From an uncultured Gammaproteobacteria bacterium (lineage in GTDB: Bacteria > Patescibacteriota > Microgenomatia > UBA12405 > UBA6130): a DNA stretch of 52,111 bases. A model generated the notes under the pieces. That model did no database searches. It was not told the origin of the DNA and saw only the letters and a list, made by a program, of their open reading frames with translations. The stretch spans positions 1 to 52,111 of the forward strand of contig CAZIOQ010000021.1 of NCBI GenBank assembly GCA_964540975.1. The letters are read 5' to 3'. Positions 42,607 through 52,111 of the stretch are shown here, piece by piece. Position 1 is the stretch's first letter, and each line of letters opens with the position of its first letter. Made by a program: the position numbers and the translations under genes.

Positions 42607-43566
42607 ATGTCGCACAATATCGGGGAAAAAATGAATAATTCAATTGATTTTTGGCGAGACAAATTTTTATCTTATTTAGAAATTGAAAAAAATCGTTCTC
42701 CTTTAACTAGCCGTAACTATAACCTTTATCTTAAAAGATTTATCCGATTTTTAGAGCAAGAATTAGGCCACTCCCCCACCCTACAAGATATCCAGATTGA
42801 AAATATCCGGAAATTTAGACTTTTTTTATCAAGAAAAAAAAATCACAAAGGAAATTTTTTAAAAAAAATTACCCAAGCTTATCATTTGATTGCCTTACGT
42901 TCATTTTTAAGATGGTTAATAAAAAATGATTTGAAGGTATTAGCACCAGAGAAAATCGAATTGCCAAAAACAGAAACCAGGTCCTTAAAATTTTTGACTT
43001 TAGAACAGGTAGAAAGATTACTTAATCAGCCAACGATTTCTAATATTATTGGTTTAAGAGATAGAGCGATTTTAGAGACGCTTTTTTCTACTGGATTGCG
43101 GGTTAGCGAGTTAGTCTCTTTGAATCGTGATCAGATCAATTTTAAATCAGGAGAATTGGGAGTGATTGGTAAAGGAGGAAGACCGCGATTAGTTTTTTTA
43201 AGTAAAAGAGCCCGCTATTGGCTTGAGAGATATTTTGTTAGTCGAAATGAGAAATACTCTCCTTGTTTTATTCGTTATTCTGGCAAAAAAGAGGAGATTA
43301 CTAATCCAGAGTCGTTAAGATTAACTCCTAGGTCAATTCAAAGAATGATTGAAAAATACAGCCGACGGGCTGGTATTCCAATTAAAGTCACTCCTCATGT
43401 TTTAAGACATAGTTTTGCCACTGATTTACTTTTTTCAGGAGCAGATCTCCGTTCAGTGCAAGAGCTTTTGGGCCACAAAAATATTGCCACCACCCAAGTT
43501 TATACCCATGTGACGAATAAGCATTTAAGAGAAATTCATCAAAAGTTTCATAGTGGGAATAAATAA
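42607..43566 (+). CDS. Tyrosine site-specific recombinase, XerC/XerD family
   Basis: N-terminal SAM-like domain (YLEIEKNRSPLTSRNY). Catalytic residue contexts: TGLRVSEL (R), GKGGRPR (K), HVLRHSFAT (HxxR), LLGHKNIATTQVYTHV (H...Y). Confidence 0.88.
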   Translation: MSHNIGEKMNNSIDFWRDKFLSYLEIEKNRSPLTSRNYNLYLKRFIRFLEQELGHSPTLQDIQIENIRKFRLFLSRKKNHKGNFLKKITQAYHLIALRSFLRWLIKNDLKVLAPEKIELPKTETRSLKFLTLEQVERLLNQPTISNIIGLRDRAILETLFSTGLRVSELVSLNRDQINFKSGELGVIGKGGRPRLVFLSKRARYWLERYFVSRNEKYSPCFIRYSGKKEEITNPESLRLTPRSIQRMIEKYSRRAGIPIKVTPHVLRHSFATDLLFSGADLRSVQELLGHKNIATTQVYTHVTNKHLREIHQKFHSGNK

Positions 43567-46155
43567 TTATTTCGTTGTCATTGCCGCCACTTTATCATTA
43601 TTTCGTTTATCTAAACGCATCAAAATTACTCCTTGAGTAGCCCTTCCTAATCGAGGAATGTTTCTTAAAGGAAGTCTAATTACCTGAGCTTGTTTGGAGG
43701 TGATAATTACTTGTTGTACCTTTTGATTAACTACTTTGGCATCGGCAAGGTCACCTGTTTTGGGAGTTAAATTGACTGCTTTAACTCCAACACCACCTCT
43801 CTTTTGGAGCGGAAAAAGATAGACACTAGTTCTTTTACCAATCCCATTTTCTGTGACGACTAATAAATCCCTGAAAACCTTTTTTCTTTTGTCCTTAGGC
43901 TTTGGCAGTTTTGTGGGAATAACATCAGCGGTGACTACTACATCGCCGCTTTTTAGGGTAATCCCTTTTACTCCTCTAGCGCTTCTACCCATTGGTCTTA
44001 GGTCATTTTCCCCAAATCTGATACATTTCCCCTTTTTGGTCACCAAAAAGATTTGATTCGTGCCATCAGTGAGTTGGGCATCAATTAGCTTATCGCTAGG
44101 TCTGATATCAATGGCAATAATTCCTGAGGTGCGGATATGAGTAAACTGGTCTAAAGGTGTTTTTTTAATCGTTCCTTTTTTTGTCACCATAAAAACATAT
44201 TTTTTTTGACTCTGTTTTTTCTTAATTAAAACAGTTTTGATATTTTCTTGTTGATCAATGTTAATTAGATTAATAATTGCCTGTCCTTTGGCAATTCTGC
44301 TTCCTTCGGGCAACTCCCAAACTCGGAGTTGGAAAACTTTACCTTTGTCAGTAAAAACCAAAAGATAATCGTGAGTGTTAGCGAGAAGGAGATGTTCAAT
44401 CTCATCGGTTTCTTTTTTGATCATTCCCATTGTTCCTTTTCCGCCTCTCCTTTGAATTCGGAAAGTATCCTTTGGTACACGTTTAATATAACCGGTTTTC
44501 GTGATTACAATGATATTCTCTTCATTGGGGATCAGATCTTCTTCGGAAAATTCACCAATCTTTTGATTAAAAACGCGTGTTTTTCTTAAATCACCATAAG
44601 TAGTTTTTAATTTCTTCAATTCCTCTTGCATTGTTTCTAGCATTTTTTCTGGATTAGTTAAAATTACTGTTAATTCATCAATCTGCTTTTTTATTTCCTC
44701 ATACTCGGCTTCGATTTTTTGCCTTTCTAAAGCAGCCAGTCTTCTTAATTGCATATCCAAAATTGCCGTTGCTTGGAGACTGGTAAGATTAAATCTTGAC
44801 ATCAAATTTTCTTTAGCCACTTCTGCATCTTTTGATTTTTTGATTGTTTCTATTACCGCATCTAAATTATCAAGGGCAATTTTTAAACCCTCTAAAATAT
44901 GGGCTCTTAATTTTGCTTCTTTTAATTCAAAAATAGTCCTTTTTCTGACAATTTCATGGCGGAATCTTAAGAAATAAAGCAAAATTTGTCTTAAATTAAG
45001 TGTTTGAGGAACTCCATCAACTAAAGCAACGATATTGATCGGATAGCTGGTTTGGAGTTCGGTGAGCTTATAAAGTTTGTTTAAAACAGCCTTTGGCACA
45101 GCTGATTTTTTCAATTCAACAACCACCCGAATCCCCTGCCGATCTGATTCATCTCTTAAATCAGAGATACCAATAATTTTCTTTTCTTTGACTAATTCGG
45201 CAATTTTTGCTACCAGATTGGCTTTATTAACTTGGTAGGGGGTTTCCGAAATAATAATTTGGAATTTACCGCCTTTGGTTTCTTCGATATCAGCTTTTCC
45301 CCGGACTGGAATTTTGCCTTTCCCAGTTAGATATGCTTGATTAATTGCTTCTTTATCAAAAATTATTCCTCCGGTAGGAAAATCTGGCCCTTGGATAATT
45401 TTTAGTAGCTCTTCTCCGCTGATAGTTGTTTCAAAATTCAATTTTTCTTTTTCTAAAAGATAAACATCTTTTAAAATCATTTCTTTTTCATCTAATTTGT
45501 CAACGACTTGAATTTTTGGTAGTTCAAAATCTTGTTCTTCTTTTTCTAATTTTCCTTTTTTGAGCATTGCTAAAGTGGCATCGATTATTTCTGAAAGATT
45601 ATGGGGAGGAATTTTAGTTGCCATTCCTACAGCAATACCATCGGCTCCGTTTAAAAGCAGATTGGGGATTTTTGCCGGCAGTACAGTTGGTTCTTTTAAA
45701 GTACCATCGAAATTATCCAAAAAATTGACCGTTTCTTTTTTAAGATCTTCCAACAATTCTCGGCTAATTTTTGCTAATCGGACTTCAGTATAACGCATTG
45801 CTGCTGGGGGATCGCCATCAACTGAACCAAAATTTCCTTGACCATCTATTAAGGGATATCTTGTTGAGAAAATTTGGGCCATTCTGACCAAAGCATCGTA
45901 AACAGGCATATCGCCGTGGGGATGATATTTGCCTAATACCTCTCCGACCACTTTTGCGGATTTGGTATACCTGCCTCCCGGAGACAAACCCATTTGTTCC
46001 ATGGCAAACAAAATTCGGCGATGAACAGGTTTTAGACCATCTCTGACATCAGGCAAAGCTCTCATCACAATGACACTCATTGCATAATCAAGATAAGATT
46101 TTTTTGCCTCTTGGGTAATTTCTGTTGGTTTTATTTTGCCAATAGGAATGATCAT
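43567..46155 (-). CDS. gyrA: DNA gyrase subunit A
   Basis: [17 protein letters not shown], active-site [21 protein letters not shown], and C-terminal beta-pinwheel repeats. Confidence 0.95.
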   Translation of the reverse strand: MIIPIGKIKPTEITQEAKKSYLDYAMSVIVMRALPDVRDGLKPVHRRILFAMEQMGLSPGGRYTKSAKVVGEVLGKYHPHGDMPVYDALVRMAQIFSTRYPLIDGQGNFGSVDGDPPAAMRYTEVRLAKISRELLEDLKKETVNFLDNFDGTLKEPTVLPAKIPNLLLNGADGIAVGMATKIPPHNLSEIIDATLAMLKKGKLEKEEQDFELPKIQVVDKLDEKEMILKDVYLLEKEKLNFETTISGEELLKIIQGPDFPTGGIIFDKEAINQAYLTGKGKIPVRGKADIEETKGGKFQIIISETPYQVNKANLVAKIAELVKEKKIIGISDLRDESDRQGIRVVVELKKSAVPKAVLNKLYKLTELQTSYPINIVALVDGVPQTLNLRQILLYFLRFRHEIVRKRTIFELKEAKLRAHILEGLKIALDNLDAVIETIKKSKDAEVAKENLMSRFNLTSLQATAILDMQLRRLAALERQKIEAEYEEIKKQIDELTVILTNPEKMLETMQEELKKLKTTYGDLRKTRVFNQKIGEFSEEDLIPNEENIIVITKTGYIKRVPKDTFRIQRRGGKGTMGMIKKETDEIEHLLLANTHDYLLVFTDKGKVFQLRVWELPEGSRIAKGQAIINLINIDQQENIKTVLIKKKQSQKKYVFMVTKKGTIKKTPLDQFTHIRTSGIIAIDIRPSDKLIDAQLTDGTNQIFLVTKKGKCIRFGENDLRPMGRSARGVKGITLKSGDVVVTADVIPTKLPKPKDKRKKVFRDLLVVTENGIGKRTSVYLFPLQKRGGVGVKAVNLTPKTGDLADAKVVNQKVQQVIITSKQAQVIRLPLRNIPRLGRATQGVILMRLDKRNNDKVAAMTTK

Positions 46156-46157
46156 TT

Positions 46158-48101
46158 TTATAAATCTAACTCAGCAGACTTAGCATGAGTTTGGATAAAT
46201 TTTTTCCGGGGAGCAACCTCCTTGCCCATTAAAACATTGAAGATTTCATCTGCTTTTTGAGCATCGGTGATAGAAATTTGTTTTAAGATTCTATTTTTTG
46301 GGTTCATTGTTGTTTCCCAAAGTTGTTCAGGATTCATTTCTCCTAAACCTTTATATCTTTGGATTTCCGCCGACCTATCTGACAGCTGTTTGACTATTTG
46401 CTCTTTTTCTTCTTCGGTATAAGCATAAAATATCTTTTTGTTTTGGGTGATTTTATAAAGTGGTGGTTGAGCAATATAAAGATAGCCTTTTTGAATAATC
46501 TGGGGTAAGTGTCTATAGAAAAAAGTCAGAAGAAGAGTGGCTATATGAGCACCATCAACATCGGCGTCGGTCATTATAATTACCCGATGATAGCGGCATT
46601 CTTTAACATTAGTTGTTTCTCCAATTCCCATTCCTAAAGCAATAATCAGATCTTTAAGTTCGACAAATTCAATGATTTTGTCCAAACGAGCTTTCTCTGT
46701 ATTTAAAATTTTGCCCCTTAAAGGAAGAATTGCTTGGAATCTTCTATCTCGACCTTGTTTGGCACTGCCACCGGCTGAATCACCTTCAACAATATAAAGT
46801 TCGGATTCTTCTGGATTTTTGGTTTGACAATCAGCTAATTTTCCTGGTAAACCCAAAGAATCAAAAACACCTTTTCTTAAAATTGCCTCTTTGGCTGCCC
46901 GAGCTGCTTTTCTGGCCTTAACCGCAAGCAAAACTCTCGCTAAAATTGTTTTTGCCTGAGGAGGATGCTCTTCAAAATACATATCAAGATTATTTTTAAC
47001 AATTTTGGCCACCAGGGGTTGGATCTCACTATTACCTAGCTTTGCCTTTGTTTGGCCTTCAAATTGCAAATCAGTGGCTGGCATTTTTACCGAGATGACC
47101 GCGGTTAATCCTTCACGGACATCGTCTCCAGAGATTTCTTCTCCGTCTTTCAAATTTTCCATTTTTAAGGCATAATCTTTAATTGCTCGGGTCAGAGCAC
47201 TCCGGAAACCAATCAGGTGGGTTCCGCCTTCAGTGGTACTGATCACATTAACAAAAGAGAGAGTAGTTTCTTTAGTTTCATTTGTATATTGAAGAGCAAC
47301 TTCGATTAGTTTATTTTCCTCTTCTCCCCGGATATAGATTAAAGGATGAACAACTTCTTTGTTTTGATTTAAGGAATTTAAAAGAGAAACAATCCCGCCT
47401 TCAAAATAATAATGATATTCTTCTTTTTTCTTAGGATTTCTTAGATCATAAAAGTGGAAGAAGATTCCTGAAGTTAAATAAGCCCGATTTTTCAAGGATT
47501 TTTTAATTATTTCTGAGTTAAATTGGGTTGTCTGTTTAAAAATTTTTTTGTCTGGTTTAAAGGTAGTAGTAGTGCCAGAAACTTCTTTTCCTATGATTTG
47601 AGATAGAAACTGATGATTGGTTTTTTTAATCTTGATTACTTCGGTTTTAGGAATTCCTTTTTCATATCTTTGGTAATAAATTTTTTTATCCCTTCTGACT
47701 TCTACCCAAAGCCACAAAGAAAGCGCATTCACTACACTTGAGCCAACTCCGTGAAGTCCGCCAGAAATTTTATAGGCTTTGCTATCGAATTTGCCGCCAG
47801 CGTGAAGTTTGGTCATTACAATTTCCAAGGCGCTCTTTTTGTATTGAGGCATTATATCAACAGGAATACCTCGGCCATCATCAGCCACCGTTGCCGAACC
47901 ATCTTCATTTAAAACTACCCAGATGTTTTTGGCAAAACCACTTAAGGCTTCATCAATAGAGTTGTCAATAATTTCATAAAGACAGTGGTGAAGACCGGTG
48001 CTATCGGTTGAACCAATATACATTGCCGGTCTTTTTCTCACTGGTTTTAAGCCTTCGAGAACCACAATTTGTTTTCCGGTATAGTCAGTTTTGGTTATCA
48101 T
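46158..48101 (-). CDS. gyrB: DNA gyrase subunit B
   Basis: [40 protein letters not shown], Toprim [22 protein letters not shown], and [12 protein letters not shown]. Confidence 0.95.
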   Translation of the reverse strand: MITKTDYTGKQIVVLEGLKPVRKRPAMYIGSTDSTGLHHCLYEIIDNSIDEALSGFAKNIWVVLNEDGSATVADDGRGIPVDIMPQYKKSALEIVMTKLHAGGKFDSKAYKISGGLHGVGSSVVNALSLWLWVEVRRDKKIYYQRYEKGIPKTEVIKIKKTNHQFLSQIIGKEVSGTTTTFKPDKKIFKQTTQFNSEIIKKSLKNRAYLTSGIFFHFYDLRNPKKKEEYHYYFEGGIVSLLNSLNQNKEVVHPLIYIRGEEENKLIEVALQYTNETKETTLSFVNVISTTEGGTHLIGFRSALTRAIKDYALKMENLKDGEEISGDDVREGLTAVISVKMPATDLQFEGQTKAKLGNSEIQPLVAKIVKNNLDMYFEEHPPQAKTILARVLLAVKARKAARAAKEAILRKGVFDSLGLPGKLADCQTKNPEESELYIVEGDSAGGSAKQGRDRRFQAILPLRGKILNTEKARLDKIIEFVELKDLIIALGMGIGETTNVKECRYHRVIIMTDADVDGAHIATLLLTFFYRHLPQIIQKGYLYIAQPPLYKITQNKKIFYAYTEEEKEQIVKQLSDRSAEIQRYKGLGEMNPEQLWETTMNPKNRILKQISITDAQKADEIFNVLMGKEVAPRKKFIQTHAKSAELDL

Positions 48102-48396
48102 TTCGAAAAACGATTAAAGTTTTAAGAAATCTAATCCCCTCTCGTTTTGAAGAATTTCTCTGGTGAGAAGTTTTTGGGAATTCAAGTTTAGAGTACCCAT
48201 TATTTACTTTTGCTTTTCTTAATGATTAATTTTAGCCTGTTTTCAATCTAATTGCAACTATCAACCCTGCCTTTTTTAGTTTTTTAGTTGAGGATATTGT
48301 TTGTTTTGCCTGGTAAAATTTTGGTTATAGATTCCAAGATTAGTCGAGAATGAGGTATAATAATGCTAGATACCATTTAATAATTATTTTTAGTTT

Positions 48397-48467
48397 GGGC
48401 CTATAGTTTAACGGGAGAATACTGCATTCGCATTGCAGAGATCCGAGTTCGATTCTCGGTAGGTCCA
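48397..48467 (+). tRNA. tRNA-Ala (anticodon CGC)
   Basis: Hand fold: acceptor GGGCCTA/TAGGTCC including the G3:U70 alanine identity pair. Anticodon stem CTGCA/TGCAG with loop TTCGCAT. T-arm CCGAG-TTCGATT-CTCGG. Discriminator A followed by CC. A TATAAT lies ~36 nt upstream. Confidence 0.85.
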
Positions 48468-48731
48468 CCTAAGGTCGTCCGGGCGTTCCAGGTTTTCCTG
48501 CTTCTGGTTTACCTGTACTACCAGAAGTTTCTGATTCTACTTCAGGAACTTTTGGCGCTTCCACTTCTCGTTCTTGAGTTTCAGGTTTTCCGGTTTCTGG
48601 TCGAGCAGGAATTCTTTGCTCAATCTCCTCTCTGGTTGGAGTCGTTGAAATTGGTATTCCTTTATCCCTTAATTTTTCAAGTTTTTGCTCAACCTCTTGT
48701 CTTTTTTGCCTGACTTGTTCCGGGAGGTGAG

Positions 48732-51026
48732 CTAGAACGATAGCGAACCCCGCAATTGATATCTTTTCATCGAAAGTGCATTCAAAACAACATTGACCGA
48801 TGAAAATGCCATTGCGGCAGCGGCAATTGCTGGATTCAAAAGCCAGCCGGTAAAAGGGTACAAAACACCAGCAGCCACAGGAATACCGACAATATTGTAA
48901 AAGAAAGCCCAAAAAAGATTTTGCTTGATTTTATTCAAAGTGTAGTTGCTTAAATCAATGGCGGTTACCACATCTCTCAAATCATCTTTGATTAAAACTA
49001 TTTCCCCGGTTTCCATTGCTACATCGGTACCAGACCCCAAAGCAATCCCTAAATCAGCTTGAGCTAAAGCCGGAGCGTCATTTATCCCATCACCAACCAT
49101 CGCCACAATATTTCCTTCGCTCTGTAGTTTTTTGATTTCGGCCGATTTTTCTTGCGGCAATACCTCAGCTAAAACTTTATCTATACCAACGAGCTTCGCA
49201 ATAGCTTGCCCAACTCTTTTATTATCTCCCGTAATTATCGCCACTTTCTTTCCCATTTTATGGAGCATCTTAACTGCTTCTTTTGAAAAATCTTTAAGAG
49301 TATCAGCCACCGCAATGATGCCAATAATCTCTTTATCCTGTGCTAAAATCATTGCTGTTTTGCCTTGATTTTCTAAAACAATCATTTTTTCTTCAATTAA
49401 GCTCGGGTCAATTTGATTATCAGCCATTAGTTTTCTTGTTCCCAAAAGTATTTTTTTGTTTTCTAAATCGGCTGAAACACCGTGGCCGGGTATGGCTTGA
49501 AAATTTTTTACTTCTGAAAAATCAACCTTTTCTTCTCTCGCCTTGTTAACAATCGCTTGAGCCAAAGGATGTTCGGAATTTTTTTCCACCGACGCGGCGA
49601 TTTGCAAAATAGAATTTTCACTAACCTCATTTTTAACTTTAATAATATCTGTAACGCTGGGTTCTCCTTTAGTTAGCGTGCCCGTTTTATCAAAGATAAC
49701 AATATTTACATCTCTGGCAATTTCTAAGGCCTTGCCGCTTTTAATTAAAATGCCATATTTTGCCGCCAAACCCGTGCCCATCATTACAGCGGTTGGTGTT
49801 GCCAAACCTAAAGCGCAAGGACAAGCAATAATTAAAACAGCGACAAAGACCGTTAAGGCAAAAGCAAGGGGTTGGCCCAACAAAAGCCAAATAATAAAAG
49901 ATAAAATAGCAGTACCAATTACAGTGGGTACAAAATAAAAAGAAACCTTATCAGCCAAAAGTTGAATTGGCGCTTTAGAACCCATTGCTTCCTCAACTAT
50001 TTTTATAATTTGGGCCAGCATTGTGTCCTTACCAACCCGCGTTGCCCTAAATCTCAAAATCCCGGTTTTATTGATGGTTGCGCCGATTACTTCGTCTCCT
50101 TTTTTCTTTTCAACAGGAATACTTTCACCGGTAATCGCTTTCTCGTCAACGCCGGAATAGCCGTCAATAACAATTCCATCAACAGGAATTTTTTCACCGG
50201 GCTTTACCAAAATAATATCTCCGACTTTTACTTCGGAAATAGGAATTTTTATTTCCTCATTGTCTTTTAATTCCGAGCGAAGCGAGGAATCAAGGTTCTG
50301 CGAATGAAGTGAGCGGGATCTTATAATCGTTGCTTCCTTCGGTTGAAGACCGATTAATTTTTTAATTGCTTCACTGGTTTTTCCTTTAGTGATAGCTTCA
50401 AGATATTTACCCAAAGAAATAAAAACCAAAATTAAAGCCGCGCTTTCATAATAAAGATGTGCTTCAGTTTTTGTTCCCAAAGACATTAAAACAGAAATAA
50501 TTAAACTATAAAAATAAGCAACAGCCGTACCAATAAAAATAAGCGAATCCATATTGGGAGAAAGCCGCAGTAAATTTTTAAAACCAGAAGTCCAAATGTT
50601 TAAACAAGAAACAATAACAGCCGTTGCCAAAACAAACTGAATAATAGTTCCATAATTTTCAAAAATTGTTGGCATTGGCAGTCCAATCATTTCGCCCATT
50701 ACCATATAAATAATTGGCAAACTAAAAATCAAGGCAAAAATAAACCGCCTTTTTAATTTTTGAATTTCTTGCACCTTTGCCTCTTTATGGTGGTCGTGCA
50801 TTTCTTCCTCAAAAGTTTCCTCTGTTGTCTTATACCCCAGCTTTTCAATAATCTTTTGAATTCTAGCAATACTTATTTCTATCGGGTCAAATTCTAAATA
50901 TAACTTTTCTGCCGCGAAGTTAACATTGGCGGATTTAATCCCTTCCTCTTTTCTTAGAGTGTTTTCAATATTTGCCGCGCACGAAGCGCAGTGCATACCC
51001 GAAATTTTTAAAATTGTTTTTTCCAT
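48732..51026 (-). CDS. copA: Copper-translocating P1B-type ATPase
   Basis: N-terminal [22 protein letters not shown] ([11 protein letters not shown]), DKTGTLT, and [10 protein letters not shown]. Confidence 0.93.
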   Translation of the reverse strand: MEKTILKISGMHCASCAANIENTLRKEEGIKSANVNFAAEKLYLEFDPIEISIARIQKIIEKLGYKTTEETFEEEMHDHHKEAKVQEIQKLKRRFIFALIFSLPIIYMVMGEMIGLPMPTIFENYGTIIQFVLATAVIVSCLNIWTSGFKNLLRLSPNMDSLIFIGTAVAYFYSLIISVLMSLGTKTEAHLYYESAALILVFISLGKYLEAITKGKTSEAIKKLIGLQPKEATIIRSRSLHSQNLDSSLRSELKDNEEIKIPISEVKVGDIILVKPGEKIPVDGIVIDGYSGVDEKAITGESIPVEKKKGDEVIGATINKTGILRFRATRVGKDTMLAQIIKIVEEAMGSKAPIQLLADKVSFYFVPTVIGTAILSFIIWLLLGQPLAFALTVFVAVLIIACPCALGLATPTAVMMGTGLAAKYGILIKSGKALEIARDVNIVIFDKTGTLTKGEPSVTDIIKVKNEVSENSILQIAASVEKNSEHPLAQAIVNKAREEKVDFSEVKNFQAIPGHGVSADLENKKILLGTRKLMADNQIDPSLIEEKMIVLENQGKTAMILAQDKEIIGIIAVADTLKDFSKEAVKMLHKMGKKVAIITGDNKRVGQAIAKLVGIDKVLAEVLPQEKSAEIKKLQSEGNIVAMVGDGINDAPALAQADLGIALGSGTDVAMETGEIVLIKDDLRDVVTAIDLSNYTLNKIKQNLFWAFFYNIVGIPVAAGVLYPFTGWLLNPAIAAAAMAFSSVNVVLNALSMKRYQLRGSLSF

Positions 51027-51035
51027 ATGTTTTTA

Positions 51036-51196
51036 TTACTTAATTTTTATTGCGTGTTTAATAATTTCTAAATTACAGCTCTTGTGTTTTTTACACCATT
51101 CTTCGCATTTTTTAGCCCATTCTTTTTCTTTGTACCAGAGTTTACAAACTGGGCATTGATACTTTTTAATTTGATATTTTTTAATTTGTCTTTGCA
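51036..51196 (-). CDS. Small Cys-rich metal-cluster-like protein with an apparent frame break near the start
   Basis: A stop-free frame (51179 down to the TAA at 51036-51038) encodes KYQIKKYQCPVCKLWYKEKEWAKKCEEWCKKHKSCNLEIIKHAIKIK. It contains no ATG, GTG or TTG. The only ATG (51196) is in another frame, upstream of an A5 run. The ORF is below the 60-aa cut-off of the track. Confidence 0.4.
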
Positions 51197-51202
51197 TAAG
51201 TT

Positions 51203-51997
51203 TTAGAATAAATCAGAAACCTGTTCTAAATCTGTTTGTTTAATAATAATTTGACTGTTTTTTACTTCTAAATTCGGATTAATCGGTCCGGGATTACAAC
51301 CGCCTTTTTCCGTGGCAATTTTTTCTATAGGATAACGATTACCACAGTTATTACAAACAATTTCATCTCCTTCTTGGCGAAAACCTTTATATGTTTTAAA
51401 ACAGACCTGACAGGCATTAGCCGCCGCTCTGTAGACTCCATTTTTGTCTTTAAGCACAAAAAAATAAATTGTTTTTCCGCTCGGCATTTTCACATTATAA
51501 AACCTTGCTTGATTGTCATCAAAAATTGAAGCAGCCAACTTAACTTCGCCATTTTCTAAATTTACGGCTTCGCCTTTCTCGCCGAAAAACTGAATTTCAG
51601 ATAAGAATTGGGACTGATTTTGATTCTCGGAAAATTGACTTTCTGCTTTTTGACACCCAAGCAATTCACTTAATTCTTCAAAAGTTTTATAACCGGAATA
51701 TACTTTATCATTAATAACAAAAGTTGGGACGCCCTCAAATTGATGTCGGACTGGACCAACCGCCGCGTTAATTTGTTTTACCCTTACCCCCAATTGTTCA
51801 ATCTTTGAAATTGTCCCTTCATTTTTAACTTTTTGACACCAGCTACAAGTATCAAGATAATAAAATATCATTTCTTTAGTTTGACACTGAGTATTTGGCA
51901 AAACACTCTGATCCTTTTTGGAAAAATAGTTCATAGAAAAACCACCGACAATCGTTAAACCAATAACAATGGGAATGGCAAAATATTTTTTTGACAT
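51203..51997 (-). CDS. Membrane-anchored thioredoxin/glutaredoxin-fold + DUF2318-like Cys-rich domain protein
   Basis: N-terminal TM segment, a CSWC redox motif in an FYYLDTCSWCQKV context, and a C-terminal CQVCFKT...CNNCGNRYP...GGCNP pattern like DUF2318 metal-associated proteins. The ATG at 51997 is preferred over the track's TTG at 52015. Confidence 0.65.
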   Translation of the reverse strand: MSKKYFAIPIVIGLTIVGGFSMNYFSKKDQSVLPNTQCQTKEMIFYYLDTCSWCQKVKNEGTISKIEQLGVRVKQINAAVGPVRHQFEGVPTFVINDKVYSGYKTFEELSELLGCQKAESQFSENQNQSQFLSEIQFFGEKGEAVNLENGEVKLAASIFDDNQARFYNVKMPSGKTIYFFVLKDKNGVYRAAANACQVCFKTYKGFRQEGDEIVCNNCGNRYPIEKIATEKGGCNPGPINPNLEVKNSQIIIKQTDLEQVSDLF

Positions 51998-51998
51998 A

Positions 51999-52111
51999 TT
52001 ATTTGAGTTCGTCAATGAGATTAATAATTTTTTCCTTGATTTTGTTTCTTATTTCTCGAGCTTGGTCTAACTCCATTTCTGCTGGATTAGGAAATCGCCA
52101 ATATTCAATAT
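51999..52111 (-). CDS. C-terminal fragment of an unidentified protein (5' end outside the window)
   Basis: Open frame from the window edge: ...IEYWRFPNPAEMELDQAREIRNKIKEKIINLIDELK. The TAA at 51999-52001 lies 1 nt before the next ATG. Function unknown. Confidence 0.35.
   Translation of the reverse strand, partial: IEYWRFPNPAEMELDQAREIRNKIKEKIINLIDELK

Noticed and set aside
48732-48912. Treating 48469-48912 as an independent gene starting at the ATG at 48912.
   Set aside because: Its first 60 codons are the out-of-frame reading of the last CopA transmembrane helix, giving a Cys/Phe-rich nonsense sequence. Only the part downstream of the copA stop looks protein-like. That part is reported as a finding (possible frameshift or fusion) rather than as a gene.
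1-52111. Alternative genetic code (UGA as Gly, as in Gracilibacteria/Absconditabacteria), CRISPR arrays, transposases, or prophage or defence islands.
   Set aside because: TGA terminates several proteins exactly where homologues end, for example the PBP fragment, tmk, rpsB and ybaB. No array of 25-40-nt direct repeats with unique spacers was seen anywhere. No transposase, phage structural gene or recognisable defence gene is present. The only recombinase is a Xer-type enzyme.

Overview
This is an AT-rich (roughly one-third GC by eye), tightly packed 52.1-kb chromosomal window. It uses the standard genetic code: TGA closes several well-defined genes. The gene content points to a streamlined Candidate Phyla Radiation / Patescibacteria-type (Microgenomates-like) genome. 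Evidence for this: it is almost purely informational and cell-envelope housekeeping, EF-Ts is short, pyrH is missing between tsf and frr, there are many 4-40 nt gene overlaps, and sortase-type surface proteins are present.

Gene order:
- PBP2 fragment, FAD oxidoreductase, rarA(-), proS, dprA, topA, murB, hypothetical.
- pyrG, dCMP deaminase, P-loop kinase, tmk (a pyrimidine block).
- rpsB-tsf-frr-rseP, then a GH-A glycosidase (-).
- Four secreted cohesin/dockerin-like proteins.
- rpsU, yqeY, ybeY-like, dnaX-ybaB-recR, hypothetical, cysS, rpsF-ssb-rpsR, hypothetical, ctpA, htrA.
- A minus-strand block: short prfA, rpmE, hisS and two secreted proteins.
- Hypothetical, dnaB, tRNA-Leu(-), membrane protein, dksA-like, LytR_C-like, yebC, membrane protein.
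- A 1.08-kb ORF-free region, then a xerC/D-type recombinase that abuts convergent gyrA-gyrB(-).
- tRNA-Ala, then a copper cluster(-): copA, a small Cys-rich ORF and a thioredoxin/DUF2318-like protein.

Most worth a second look:
1. The cohesin/dockerin/LPXTG surface cluster at 18.7-21.6 kb.
2. The 1.08-kb non-coding region at 41.5-42.6 kb. It is dense in repeats, palindromes and long-range complementarities, lies next to the recombinase, and sits at a convergent strand switch. It could hold a dif-like site, a structured RNA, or both.
3. A family of short GC-rich hairpin/motif repeats in intergenic regions, and GC-rich palindromic segments lying in frame inside proS and copA.
4. An RF1 that lacks domain 1, and a YbeY-like protein that lacks its His triad.
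5. Two apparent homopolymer-dependent frame breaks in the copper cluster.

No CRISPR array, rRNA gene, transposase or obvious defence system was seen. All calls rest on motif recognition by eye; no database search was run.
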